Virus record (IMG/VR): IMGVR_UViG_3300025840_000015
Span: 1 to 64,000 of that record
DNA: 64,000 bases
Reading direction: 5' to 3' (one strand)
Source of the DNA: a virus
Part shown: piece after piece, positions 9,759-19,842 of the stretch
Position numbering within the stretch: the first letter of the stretch is position 1
How the letters are laid out: each line of letters opens with the position of its first letter
The notes under the pieces: generated by a model
Databases searched by the model: none
Seen by the model: the letters and a program-made list of their open reading frames with translations, nothing else
Told to the model about the DNA's origin: nothing
Program-made: the position numbers and the translations under genes

Positions 9759-11174
9759 TCACATGAGGTTCTGAACCTTGACTCTTCTGTAGTATACGTT
9801 CGAGTTGGTTGAGATGTTGTCAGGAGCAACAGATTCGGTTGCACCCTTAGCGAATGGATTAGCGACAACCGCATAGCGGGTCTTAAATCCAATCTTGGGC
9901 TGGAATGTTTGCTCACCAACGGCACGAACCATTTGGAGAGGAACGTATGGGCAATAGAATAGACCTGCATCATAAGGGTTGGTTCCCTTATAACCTACAA
10001 CGTAGAACTGGTTAGCAGCAACGTTTGCAGAATATGGATCGATGTAAACTCTATACTTACCTTGGAGAACACCAGCGAAGGTATTTCCAGTGTCATCAAC
10101 GTTCAAGTTAGCGTTGAGTGCAGGGGTATAATCCAGAACACCTGCCATCGTGAGTGCTGAAGCAACGTCTGCGGAGCAGAGGATCATGTTGCCCTTTCCT
10201 CTACGAGTTTGCTGTGCAATTGCGTTTGCATCGCGCTCGATCTGGAAGATAAGACCCTTGAACTTCTCAACTGACCAACGACCGTTTGAATCAACGTCAA
10301 GGTCAAAAGCACCAGGGGTAGCAGTGTTAACCTGAGCACCAGGAACAGCAACTTTATAGATGGTTCTGATGATTTCTCGGTTGATTTCAGCAAGAATTTC
10401 AGTGCTGAGGATGTTTGCCAACTCAGCTTCTGCATTCAGACCGTGGATTGCTCTGAGGTCTTGTGCAAGTTCTAGCGAATATTCTGCCTTGAGTGCGCGT
10501 GACTTAGCAGTTGCAGTAAGCTTTTCAATCGAGAACGCCATCTCGTTGAAATAGTTGTCTGCAGCATCTCCGAGTGCTTCAGAAGCACCGGTTTCCATAC
10601 CACCGCCAACGTTATACTGGCTATTGCCAGGAGCAGCGTTATTTGCTTGATTTGAAGCATCGAGGATTGAAGGATTGCTTCCACCTTGTGCCGTGGTTCC
10701 AAGACCAACGGTTCCATCGGTGAATCCACCTTCGAGATTGAGTCCCTTGTTCTGACCAGAGAATGCAGAATCGACTTCGTTGTAGAAAGTCTCTGCGCCA
10801 GTCTGGTTGTTGTAACGCGAACGCATTGCAAAGATGAGTCCGGTAGGACCATTCATTGGCTGAACGCCGCAAAGATCATAAGCGATCAGATTAGGCATTG
10901 AACGTCTGATTAGTGAAATCAGAACGGGATCAAAACCTGCAACAGGAGTTCCTGTTGTGTTTGAAGCACTACCACTAAATCCACCAGTTCCGGCAGAGTT
11001 TGTTGGGCTTGCTTCGCTGAGGAATGCTCTTTCCTCACGTAATTCTTTCTCTTGGTTCTCTAGCAGGATAGCAGTTACCGCTCTACGATGTGAATCTTTG
11101 ATTGGATCCATTCCTTGATAATCAAGGATTGGTGACCACTTCTCCTGCAGATATTCTGTATTGTACATCTGCAT
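9759..11174 (-). CDS. gp23: Major capsid protein
   Basis: GVQPMNGPTGLIFAMR, ELAQDLRAIHG, YCPYVPL, FQPKIGFKTRY. Confidence 0.99.
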   Translation of the reverse strand: MQMYNTEYLQEKWSPILDYQGMDPIKDSHRRAVTAILLENQEKELREERAFLSEASPTNSAGTGGFSGSASNTTGTPVAGFDPVLISLIRRSMPNLIAYDLCGVQPMNGPTGLIFAMRSRYNNQTGAETFYNEVDSAFSGQNKGLNLEGGFTDGTVGLGTTAQGGSNPSILDASNQANNAAPGNSQYNVGGGMETGASEALGDAADNYFNEMAFSIEKLTATAKSRALKAEYSLELAQDLRAIHGLNAEAELANILSTEILAEINREIIRTIYKVAVPGAQVNTATPGAFDLDVDSNGRWSVEKFKGLIFQIERDANAIAQQTRRGKGNMILCSADVASALTMAGVLDYTPALNANLNVDDTGNTFAGVLQGKYRVYIDPYSANVAANQFYVVGYKGTNPYDAGLFYCPYVPLQMVRAVGEQTFQPKIGFKTRYAVVANPFAKGATESVAPDNISTNSNVYYRRVKVQNLM

Positions 11175-11223
11175 TTGAGTTAACCTCTTTAAAAAAGTTT
11201 TGTTTGACTTTATGATTTAAAAA

Positions 11224-12345
11224 TCACTTTTTAGCGACTCTACTAAGAGTTTGAAGATAAGCATCCATTACTGAAGTTGCTGGAGTTGAAACTTCTGCTT
11301 CTTCGGTAAGTACTTCTTCATACAGACTCTCAGAGTCATCTCTTTGAGCACTAGTATTTGCTGGGAAATATGATTCTCTCAGAGTAACTAGTTTCTCACG
11401 ATAGCTCTCTTCACTATCAAACTCAACATTTTCGGCAAGAGAAGCGAGTTTGTCTTTTTGTGAGAGTGCAAGACCCTCAGCGACATCTGCAAAAATTACA
11501 TCAGCAACTGACTCTGCTAATCTTCTATTCAGAGCAACATTTCTTTCAATTTGCTCGTTGAGTTTTTCTTCCATTTCATCAAGTTTATCTACCATACTCT
11601 CGATTACATCATATTTATCTTCAGGGATTGTTACATAATGATCTTCAAAAAGACTCTTCATTCCATTTAGGAATGATTCTGTCATTTCAGACTTAAGACC
11701 GTGCTCTACTGCAAGTGCATTTTCTTGAATCCACTCGTCAGCAACATACTCAAGGTATGAATCGACACGATCTACAAGTTCTTCTTTAATCGTTTCTACT
11801 TCTTCGATTAAAGCATTTTGATAATTTTCTTCGAGTTGCTCTTTAATTTCATTTACTTTTGAATTAATTGCAGACTCAAAGATTAAACGTGCTTTTTCTT
11901 GGAACTCTTCAGAAAGATTTTCTCCTTCTAATAGAGCATTAACATCAGATTCAATATCGTATTCTAATACTTCTTCTTCCGTTACTTCTTCAGTTTCAAT
12001 TTCTTCATCAACCAAGTCCTCCTCAACAATCTCCTCTTCGGCAACAACTTCTTCAGAACTCTCAGTTTCTTCCTTTGCAGTTGCCATAGGTTCTGGTGCA
12101 GATGCCTTAGCATTTACAACATCTCTAACTTGAGATAAAGTTGCGCCAGGAGTTTTGAGAGCAGAAGAATCGTCATCGGGACGATAGTTTTCTGGAGTAG
12201 GGCCACCTAGATCTTCCCATGAACCAGTTTGACCTGGAACCATAACTCCAGATGCATTCTGTGCGATATTTTGCATGGGTTCGGCAGGTGCTGCCCCTTT
12301 GGTTACTACGTTTTCCATTTCTTGTAAATTACTACCAACGGACAT
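11224..12345 (-). CDS. gp22: Prohead core (scaffold) protein
   Basis: E-rich, LSEEFQEKARLIFESA, SYLEYVADEW; synteny. Confidence 0.93.
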   Translation of the reverse strand: MSVGSNLQEMENVVTKGAAPAEPMQNIAQNASGVMVPGQTGSWEDLGGPTPENYRPDDDSSALKTPGATLSQVRDVVNAKASAPEPMATAKEETESSEEVVAEEEIVEEDLVDEEIETEEVTEEEVLEYDIESDVNALLEGENLSEEFQEKARLIFESAINSKVNEIKEQLEENYQNALIEEVETIKEELVDRVDSYLEYVADEWIQENALAVEHGLKSEMTESFLNGMKSLFEDHYVTIPEDKYDVIESMVDKLDEMEEKLNEQIERNVALNRRLAESVADVIFADVAEGLALSQKDKLASLAENVEFDSEESYREKLVTLRESYFPANTSAQRDDSESLYEEVLTEEAEVSTPATSVMDAYLQTLSRVAKK

Positions 12346-12378
12346 TGTTTTTAGATCTTATTTGTTATAATCTATATT

Positions 12379-12386
12379 TATTTATA
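12379..12386 (-). promoter_or_regulatory. T4-type late promoter
   Basis: TATAAATA upstream of gp22. Confidence 0.75.
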
Positions 12387-12388
12387 AT

Positions 12389-13039
12389 TTAAAGATTTGA
12401 AAGAAATTCTTGGAATAAATTTAACTTATGTTCTTCCAAAGCTCTCTGTTGAACTAATGTATTAATTCTCTTTTGAGTTTTTTCGGCAAGATGTTCGCGA
12501 AGTTTTCCTCCTTCCCAAACCCATTCTTTACCCTCCATGATTCCTTGAACAAAGGCATCTGGAGCAGAAGGATCGGCAACAATATCAGCAGCAGTTGCTA
12601 ACATAAAGTCTTCACCAACAACTTTACAACCATTGCGATCTTCTTTCAAAGAACCAACACCACGTGAAGAAACACCAAGCATTACACCCTCATCAATAAG
12701 AGAAGATGCAATCTTTCCCATTGGAGTGCTTAGAAGTTGAGCTTTACCTTTAAAATTATTACCTTCTCTAACTAATGAGGTAATTTTATGGGAAACTCTA
12801 TCAAGATTAACTGTTGGACCATCTGGATGTCCGAGTTCACCAAGAGCACGTCCTTTGTTTACAAAATTCTCACAATATCTATTAACTTCTCTAGAAAGAG
12901 TATCTATTGGATACATTCTTCCATTGCGATTTTTAATATCTCCTTGTAAGAAGACTCCTTCAATATAGAGTTTTTTTGAACTTCCTTTACCTTCAGTAAT
13001 AATACTTACTTTAGATACTTCTTCTGTGATTAGTTTCAT
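12389..13039 (-). CDS. gp21: Prohead core protease
   Basis: NRNGRMY, ALGELGHP, GVSSRG, DIVADPSAPDA. Confidence 0.97.
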   Translation of the reverse strand: MKLITEEVSKVSIITEGKGSSKKLYIEGVFLQGDIKNRNGRMYPIDTLSREVNRYCENFVNKGRALGELGHPDGPTVNLDRVSHKITSLVREGNNFKGKAQLLSTPMGKIASSLIDEGVMLGVSSRGVGSLKEDRNGCKVVGEDFMLATAADIVADPSAPDAFVQGIMEGKEWVWEGGKLREHLAEKTQKRINTLVQQRALEEHKLNLFQEFLSNL

Positions 13040-13043
13040 TTTT

Positions 13044-13313
13044 TTAATTTGTGTATGCTACTTTATTCGCAAAGACTGTTGATGCTGTAATTACTCCACC
13101 TCCAGATAATTCACCAAGAACAGTTGCAGTATATTCTTTCTCTACTGTCAATCTTTCTCCAGCAGATAGATGAATTTCAACAGGGGATACACCATTATCA
13201 ATTATTAATTTTACTGCAGCGTTATTGGTATTAATGACCGAAAATACCGATGCATTATCAATAGTAGTGATTGTGGATAAATCAAATGATAAAGATAGTG
13301 GTTTTACCGTCAT
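13044..13313 (-). CDS. Hypothetical protein between gp20 and gp21
   Basis: 89-aa ORF tightly packed in the head operon. Confidence 0.7.
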   Translation of the reverse strand: MTVKPLSLSFDLSTITTIDNASVFSVINTNNAAVKLIIDNGVSPVEIHLSAGERLTVEKEYTATVLGELSGGGVITASTVFANKVAYTN

Positions 13314-13465
13314 TCTTCATTCCCTCTATTGAACATTGAATTTGCAACTTCTGGTCTAATCGAGTCAATTCTTTCAACAGATTTTGCAAATAATATTTGC
13401 TTTATACTATCTGAAATTTCAGATGGTGGCGAGTTAGTCGCAATCAAATCTATAAGTTCTTCCAT
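13310..13465 (-). CDS. Small protein in the prohead-core (gp67/68) position
   Basis: Hand translation, 51 aa MEELIDLIATNSPPSEISDSIKQILFAKSVERIDSIRPEVANSMFNRGNEE; ATGA overlap with the next ORF. Confidence 0.7.
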   Translation of the reverse strand: MEELIDLIATNSPPSEISDSIKQILFAKSVERIDSIRPEVANSMFNRGNEE

Positions 13466-13490
13466 AAAAATACAATGATTATTATAAATT

Positions 13491-13498
13491 TATTTATA
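13491..13498 (-). promoter_or_regulatory. T4-type late promoter
   Basis: TATAAATA overlapping the gp20 stop. Confidence 0.7.
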
Positions 13499-15152
13499 TT
13501 TTTCCTCCCTTAGGAGTTTTTGGCTCTGGAACTTCTACAGTAGAATCATCAATTCCTGGTTCCATTGGAACTTGTCCATTTTGACCTTGCTGCATGTCTC
13601 CTTCCATTGGAAGTGGATTTCCATTTTCATCAACAGGAGCATTTGGATCTGGTAGGATTCCTTTTTCAATTTCATCCTCAATTTGAATATCAATCTCTAT
13701 GATTTCAGAGTCAGTTTGACGTAAAATTCTTCTGCGAACATATTCAGTAGAGTAATATTTTCCAATGAAAGGTTCGACAGTAGTTGCTAAAGTTAGTCTA
13801 TTTGTTAGCAATTCTGCTTCTTTTAATTCTGCAAAATGATTGTCATATAAGAAATCATATTGAATATGATCACTCATTACATTCCAATCTTCCAAAGAAA
13901 CAATATTCTTAAGTATTAATTGACTCTTTAAAATATCATTGAACAAATTTGAGAATCTCTTTCTCAATCTACCCACAAATTTTGAGAACATTAATTCATC
14001 ACGAAGAATTTCAGATGATCTTCCCAGGTTAAATCCATCTCCACCACCAGCAATTCTTGTTTCTGGAACTCCTAATGATCTATAGAGTTTCTTTTGGAAA
14101 TATTCAACGTCAGATAGCTCACCAAGATTTTGTCCACCAGGAAGTGTTGTAATCTCGGTTCCTCTACCACCCTCTCTTCTTGGAAGCCAAAAATCTTCAA
14201 GCATACTCATATACTTTTTATCATCACGAATTTCGCCACTACTTGCATCATATACAAGTTTGTTTCTATAGCGAGACATGACTTCTCGCAAGTATTGCTC
14301 AGCCTTTACCTTTGGAAGATTGCCAACATCAATGTAGAAAATACGACGTTCTGGTGCTCTTGACAATCTATAGATGACGAGAGAATCTTCAATCATTCTC
14401 AATTGATTGACAGATTTAATTGCCTTATGCAAATAAGAAAGAATAGTTCCTTTATTCCTATCAACAAGACCTGAAGTGCAGTATGTGATAGAGTCTTTTG
14501 CAATTTTTATATTTTTCTTTGGCGCCGAAAATGCTGTTTGTCCAGAAGGAGTATATACATAATATTCTTCAATCTCAGGAAAATCATATGATTCTCCACT
14601 AGATCTTACATTTATGTTTATAGTTTGATCCGAATTCTTTTTCTTTTCTTGCCTTATATGTTTAATTTTTAGTGGATCAATATATCTTAGTTCTTGAATT
14701 CCTGCAGAGGGATTTTTTTGATCGATAACTTTCAAATAAAATACTCGCCCATCAACATACCAATTCCTAAAAATTTCATGAGATTTTCGATCAAAATCGA
14801 TCATCTCTTTAATATACTTAAATTCAGATCTTATAATTTCTTTAAGTTTATCACTTGCATTTAAGTTAGATAATTCAATTTCAACTGGAGAGTCATAAAG
14901 ATCACTTACAATCGCTTCATTTACAATGCTTTCAATAACATTGTCACATTCTGGATGAAGTGATATTTCTCTATATTTTTTAATTAAATCATGCTCTGTC
15001 TTATATACCCCTTCAATATCTACATATTGTCCGTAAAAACCTGACTGAATATAATAATCAACCCCGTCCTCATCTGACTGAGGAACGGGGGAAACTACAG
15101 AGTTGGGCTTATTATTGTTATCTTCAATCGAAAAACCAAAAAGTTTCGCCAT
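13494..15152 (-). CDS. gp20: Portal vertex protein
   Basis: YRLSRAPERRIFYIDVGNLP, EDFWLPRREGGRGTEITTLPGG. Confidence 0.99.
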   Translation of the reverse strand: MAKLFGFSIEDNNNKPNSVVSPVPQSDEDGVDYYIQSGFYGQYVDIEGVYKTEHDLIKKYREISLHPECDNVIESIVNEAIVSDLYDSPVEIELSNLNASDKLKEIIRSEFKYIKEMIDFDRKSHEIFRNWYVDGRVFYLKVIDQKNPSAGIQELRYIDPLKIKHIRQEKKKNSDQTININVRSSGESYDFPEIEEYYVYTPSGQTAFSAPKKNIKIAKDSITYCTSGLVDRNKGTILSYLHKAIKSVNQLRMIEDSLVIYRLSRAPERRIFYIDVGNLPKVKAEQYLREVMSRYRNKLVYDASSGEIRDDKKYMSMLEDFWLPRREGGRGTEITTLPGGQNLGELSDVEYFQKKLYRSLGVPETRIAGGGDGFNLGRSSEILRDELMFSKFVGRLRKRFSNLFNDILKSQLILKNIVSLEDWNVMSDHIQYDFLYDNHFAELKEAELLTNRLTLATTVEPFIGKYYSTEYVRRRILRQTDSEIIEIDIQIEDEIEKGILPDPNAPVDENGNPLPMEGDMQQGQNGQVPMEPGIDDSTVEVPEPKTPKGGKI

Positions 15153-15184
15153 TTTATAAACTTAATTTAACTTATCTTATATAT

Positions 15185-15775
15185 TTAGTTGATATTTCTT
15201 CCGCCAGCAGCAGAAGAGTTTCCTTTAATAGCTTCCCACCAGAGAATCTGGAATTCAACTGTAAATTGTTGAATTGTGCTGGTCTCATAATCAAGAGCAA
15301 TTGAACCAACTTGAGATGGGAAAATGTCATAGAAGTGATATGCTCTTAAAGTAGAACCATCACGATCTAGTTGATATACAAATGCATCTGCAGTATATGA
15401 AGATGGATCCGTTTCTCCAGTGCTATCTGAAACTCTATTAATTTTATTCATCCAGTTTTCAAAAGCAGATCTGATTGAAAAATCAGTATCATTCATAATG
15501 GTAACTGTCCAACTATCAAAGGTTCTGTCACCAGCAACCTGTAAAGTTCTTCCTCTAAAAGGAACAGCAATTGGAGCAATATTAGAAGCTGGAAGATTTG
15601 CAGCTTTTACTAAGAATCTCGATTTATCGAGAACTACTGAACTTGCTGGTGCAATTCCTGGGAAAGATAATACGACTTCAAAAAGGTTTGATCTTGCACC
15701 ACCACCGGTTAACCTTGATTTGAAGTCCGTAATTTTTCTTAGTGGTGGTGGATTAAATTGATTTCTTGTTGCCAT
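15185..15775 (-). CDS. gp19: Tail tube protein
   Basis: GGGARSNLFEV, PFRGR...AGDRTF..WTVT. Confidence 0.96.
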   Translation of the reverse strand: MATRNQFNPPPLRKITDFKSRLTGGGARSNLFEVVLSFPGIAPASSVVLDKSRFLVKAANLPASNIAPIAVPFRGRTLQVAGDRTFDSWTVTIMNDTDFSIRSAFENWMNKINRVSDSTGETDPSSYTADAFVYQLDRDGSTLRAYHFYDIFPSQVGSIALDYETSTIQQFTVEFQILWWEAIKGNSSAAGGRNIN

Positions 15776-15794
15776 TGTTTTTTAAACCTCTAAA

Positions 15795-18077
15795 TTAAAA
15801 GTTACCGATTACTTCTTCAAAATCAACACCAGTCTTAGTGGCAATAAAGTTCAGACCAACAAAATTAACTGATCTTGCAGGTTTAATGTAGATATCCGCA
15901 ATAAATTCATTATTATCAATTACTGCAGCAGTATTGTTGGTTTCATCACAAATGACAACATAATCAAAAATACCTCTCTTAGCCTGGACATCACGTAGGA
16001 AAGGTTCAACCGTATTTACAAAGTTTGTTCTTGTCAACTCATCATTAAATTCAAAGAGAGAATCTTTAGCAGCTCTTCCAATTGCCTCTTCTAGATAGAT
16101 AAACAATCTTCTAACATTAATTCTATCGAAAGCAGAAGCTTTTGCATATCCAGTTCTATCACCAAAGAGAACCATTCCAGATCCTGGCGAGAAGATTACT
16201 GGATTAATTCTATTTGTATAAAGTCTATCTCTTTGTGATTTTGTTGGATTATATGCAAGTTTTACAGAATTTAAAATTGCACCTCTATTTGTTCCTGCTG
16301 GTGAATACCATGGGAAATTATTAATGTCATTCCTTGCACAAATTCCAGCAATGTCTCCATTCAATGGAACATATTTAAATCCATTTGTAAATCTATCGAA
16401 CATATACTTATGTCCAGTATCAAATACTGCATAAGTAGAAGAAGTTATTGCAGAATAAAATTCTAAAATATTATTAGTAATATCTTCACTTGAAGATTTA
16501 ACTGATACTTTATCATTTGTATCAGTTAAAGATGCACCTCTATGTGGAGAAATGAATGCAATAGCATCTTTTCTTTGTTCTGCAACTTGAATTAACTTAT
16601 TTGCTAATGCTTGGGCAGATTCTTTACTATAAGCAGTAGATCCCATTAGCAGAAAATCTACATTAATTTCTTCAGTATTTTGGAATAAGTCATATCCAGA
16701 TACTAAATTTGGCAAGTCTGTTTCAAATGGTCCTTTACCATTAGCAGATGTTGTAATTCCAGATTCTCCATTATAATTTTTACCATTTACTAAAGTTAAT
16801 GTTCTTGATCCAAAAGAACCAAATATTAATCCATCTTTAGTTGGTTGATCCCAATTTTGAGTCTCTGGTAATGTTGGATCTCCCTCCTCCAAATAAGAAT
16901 ATGGCATCAACAAAACATTATCAGATGTTGAAGTAATTCCAGAAGGTCCGGACAAACCGTAAATATATGAAGAATTATCTAATAAAAACTTTCTCCAGTA
17001 AGAATCACTACCAACTGAAAATTTTGCGTTAGAAGCTTTAGAAAGATTTAGATTTTTTTCTAAAATTGTTCCAGCATTTCCTGTAATATTGCCAGAAGAA
17101 TCTATCACTACAATGTGAACTTCATCATCCAATGTTCCCCTAGATTCTGCAAATTGAGATGTTCCTGGTCTTGGAGCAATACTATTCCAATTTAAAGTGA
17201 CTTTTTCATTGACATCTATTGTTTGTTGATCAAACCAATCTTCCGTATTTGCAATTTTCCAGTATGAAGGAGTATTTAAATTACTTTCTATTTGCTTACC
17301 TTCAGTAAATTTATATACACCATATGGTGTATATTCTGCAGAACTAATTATATTATTATCCTCATCTACAATATAATTAACTTTAACGGTTAAAACATCA
17401 TAACCTGCTGCTCCTGAACCTGTAGATACTCCGGTAACAGTTCCTCTAAGAAGTACAGTTCCAATGCTAGTTGTAGTGCCAATTCCAGCAATGCTATCAG
17501 ATTCATATTTTTGATATACGATAGATCCTACTGATATGCCACTATCGGCAATACCGCTATTGTCAAGACCTATGCCAAGATCACTACGTGCTACAGAAAC
17601 ATATTGGTCACTTTGTGCATCAATTACTGCAACTTTTATTCCATTTGCCCAGGATCCTGGATTTTTTGCAGAAATGAAAACATTTGCAAGAGGATTTTCA
17701 TTATATCCTAAATTATTATAATCTTCATCACTTTCAATAGTAATTTCAGCATCTAAGTCAACTGCTTCGGAACTAAATCCAATAATACGTGCATTCTTAA
17801 GCTTATCACCACCAGCTCTTACTACATTTAAAGAACCTCCGTATGCCAAATAAGATGAAGCAACTAACCAGTGCTCAAATTGCTTATCATCTTGATATGG
17901 TTCTCCAAAATTGTTTAGTAAATCGTTTTCATTCTCTATTAAAATTGGATAATTTACAGGACCTTTTGCAAAAGGTGCTACAATTGCTCCAATTTTATCT
18001 GAAGATGGAGTTACTCTACCTACAGTTAAATCAATTTCTTTTACTACAATTCCAGGAGATGCTAAATTAAGTGGCAT
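15795..18077 (-). CDS. gp18: Tail sheath protein
   Basis: ASPGIVVKEIDLT, PWYSPAG, FDRINVRRLF, FEFNDELTR. Confidence 0.98.
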   Translation of the reverse strand: MPLNLASPGIVVKEIDLTVGRVTPSSDKIGAIVAPFAKGPVNYPILIENENDLLNNFGEPYQDDKQFEHWLVASSYLAYGGSLNVVRAGGDKLKNARIIGFSSEAVDLDAEITIESDEDYNNLGYNENPLANVFISAKNPGSWANGIKVAVIDAQSDQYVSVARSDLGIGLDNSGIADSGISVGSIVYQKYESDSIAGIGTTTSIGTVLLRGTVTGVSTGSGAAGYDVLTVKVNYIVDEDNNIISSAEYTPYGVYKFTEGKQIESNLNTPSYWKIANTEDWFDQQTIDVNEKVTLNWNSIAPRPGTSQFAESRGTLDDEVHIVVIDSSGNITGNAGTILEKNLNLSKASNAKFSVGSDSYWRKFLLDNSSYIYGLSGPSGITSTSDNVLLMPYSYLEEGDPTLPETQNWDQPTKDGLIFGSFGSRTLTLVNGKNYNGESGITTSANGKGPFETDLPNLVSGYDLFQNTEEINVDFLLMGSTAYSKESAQALANKLIQVAEQRKDAIAFISPHRGASLTDTNDKVSVKSSSEDITNNILEFYSAITSSTYAVFDTGHKYMFDRFTNGFKYVPLNGDIAGICARNDINNFPWYSPAGTNRGAILNSVKLAYNPTKSQRDRLYTNRINPVIFSPGSGMVLFGDRTGYAKASAFDRINVRRLFIYLEEAIGRAAKDSLFEFNDELTRTNFVNTVEPFLRDVQAKRGIFDYVVICDETNNTAAVIDNNEFIADIYIKPARSVNFVGLNFIATKTGVDFEEVIGNF

Positions 18078-18115
18078 CTTTTACTCTCCTACAAAAACCA
18101 GAATTAATCTAGAAA

Positions 18116-18123
18116 TATTTATA
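18116..18123 (-). promoter_or_regulatory. T4-type late promoter
   Basis: TATAAATA upstream of gp18. Confidence 0.8.
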
Positions 18124-18140
18124 AATTCCTCCTTTTTTAA

Positions 18141-19838
18141 CTACCTATAATCCCACATATATGACCTATCACCATATTCATCAACGTTCCATACGTCAAT
18201 TGCCTCATTTTTATTGTCTTTAGATGCTAACATCCAATAATCTCCAGTATTTTTATCTACAAAATTCTCCTCTTCACTTACACCATCTAAAATAAAACCA
18301 AATGGTGCCATATCTTGTTCTATTTGATTTTTTTGTTCTTCATAAATTCTTTTTCTAACGTCATTATCTGTCATTTCTCTAAAATAGTCTTGCGCAACTA
18401 ACCAAGAGAATATTACTAAGCACATTGCCAAGTCATCATTACATCCTTCTTCAGCTTCGAATGAATTATGCTTTTGGGAAAAAGTTGTTAATTCTGAAAT
18501 AATATCGTAATCTACAGTCAACAGTTTATCATCTTCTAATAATGTTTTTAAATTAGAACAACCCAATTTCTTAACAGCTGCAGTCATTCTAACGCCAAGT
18601 TGAGATTTCTTTCCACTAAATCCCGATCCAACAACTTGACCTGCACGCCCTCTCATGGCACACATTAATATGTTGTCATATTCCAAATCAAAGTGTAGAA
18701 TACTTGCTACTTGATCACCAATATCATTTACCTCAATCAAAATCCAAGCATCATTATATGCCTTTCCAATTTCTTGAATTATGCTTGGAAAAAGCATGGG
18801 CTTTATTTCATTGTTTCTATATTTTCCAACAACACGATAAGGAAATCTAGTTATGTCAAAAACAATGAATGCCGAATAATCGTTACCCATACCACGAGCA
18901 ACGTCAACTGTAATTAAATAATTATTATTTTTTTCTGGATTATGATATATGTCAAGACCTGCATTTTTTCTTAATGGGTCTTCATATACTAAATTTTTTA
19001 ATTTTGCTGGATTAATTAATGTATTGACAGACCCCAGAAATTCGCACTCAAACTCAACTTTGAACTGTTGCTCAGATGTATTCGCAATTGTCTGTTCTTT
19101 CCAAGCCTGGTCCCTTCCAGGGACCTCTGACCAATGAACTTCTGTGGGCACGTATTCATTCTTATCTCTTTCGGCATCATGCCACATTCGATAAAAATGA
19201 TTCATACCTCTAGGGGTAGAAACAATAATTACCTTTGTGCTTTGGCCAGAAGAAATAGTAGGATAAACAGAGGCAAAAAAGTCATCAGCAATGTGATTCG
19301 GGATGAAAGCGAATTCGTCAAGAAAGATGACATTATAGGATCCGCCTCGGACAGCAGATGAAGAAGTAGAGTTAGATGAAATTTTGGAGCCATTTTCTAA
19401 TTCTAAACTACCTTTGTTCCATGATATAATACCTTGCTGCATCCATTTTGGCAAGTTTTCATAAGCAAGTTGTAACCTTCCAAGAAGATCTCTTGCAGTT
19501 GATGCTTTGTTTGCTAGAATTGCTATGTTAACATTATCGTTAAAAACAGCGTAATGTAGAAGATATGATACACAAGTAGTAGACTTACCAGTCTGACGTG
19601 GCATTTTACAGATATTAAACCTATTATCATGGAAATTCTGAATAAGTTTTTCCTGAAATGGATACATCTCAAATGGCACAAGACCATGATCAAGAGAAAC
19701 AATCTTAATATAGTTTCTTGCAAAATATACTGGGTCTTCTTTACATTTAAGGAACTCAATAATTTGTTCCTCTGTAAACTCTATTTGGGTATTTGCCTTT
19801 TTTAAATTCGGATTACCAAGATAAATATCGTCACTCAT
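18141..19838 (-). CDS. gp17: Terminase large subunit
   Basis: PRQTGKST Walker A, IFLDEFAF Walker B, VDVARG and NDDLAM nuclease motifs. Start placed at MSDDIYLGNPNLK (19838) to avoid overlap with the upstream ORF. Confidence 0.98.
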   Translation of the reverse strand: MSDDIYLGNPNLKKANTQIEFTEEQIIEFLKCKEDPVYFARNYIKIVSLDHGLVPFEMYPFQEKLIQNFHDNRFNICKMPRQTGKSTTCVSYLLHYAVFNDNVNIAILANKASTARDLLGRLQLAYENLPKWMQQGIISWNKGSLELENGSKISSNSTSSSAVRGGSYNVIFLDEFAFIPNHIADDFFASVYPTISSGQSTKVIIVSTPRGMNHFYRMWHDAERDKNEYVPTEVHWSEVPGRDQAWKEQTIANTSEQQFKVEFECEFLGSVNTLINPAKLKNLVYEDPLRKNAGLDIYHNPEKNNNYLITVDVARGMGNDYSAFIVFDITRFPYRVVGKYRNNEIKPMLFPSIIQEIGKAYNDAWILIEVNDIGDQVASILHFDLEYDNILMCAMRGRAGQVVGSGFSGKKSQLGVRMTAAVKKLGCSNLKTLLEDDKLLTVDYDIISELTTFSQKHNSFEAEEGCNDDLAMCLVIFSWLVAQDYFREMTDNDVRKRIYEEQKNQIEQDMAPFGFILDGVSEEENFVDKNTGDYWMLASKDNKNEAIDVWNVDEYGDRSYMWDYR

Positions 19839-19842
19839 AAGA

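Noticed and set aside
13494-19838. Inteins or introns in portal, sheath or terminase
   Set aside because: Frames are continuous, lengths are ordinary, and I saw no intein or homing-endonuclease motifs.
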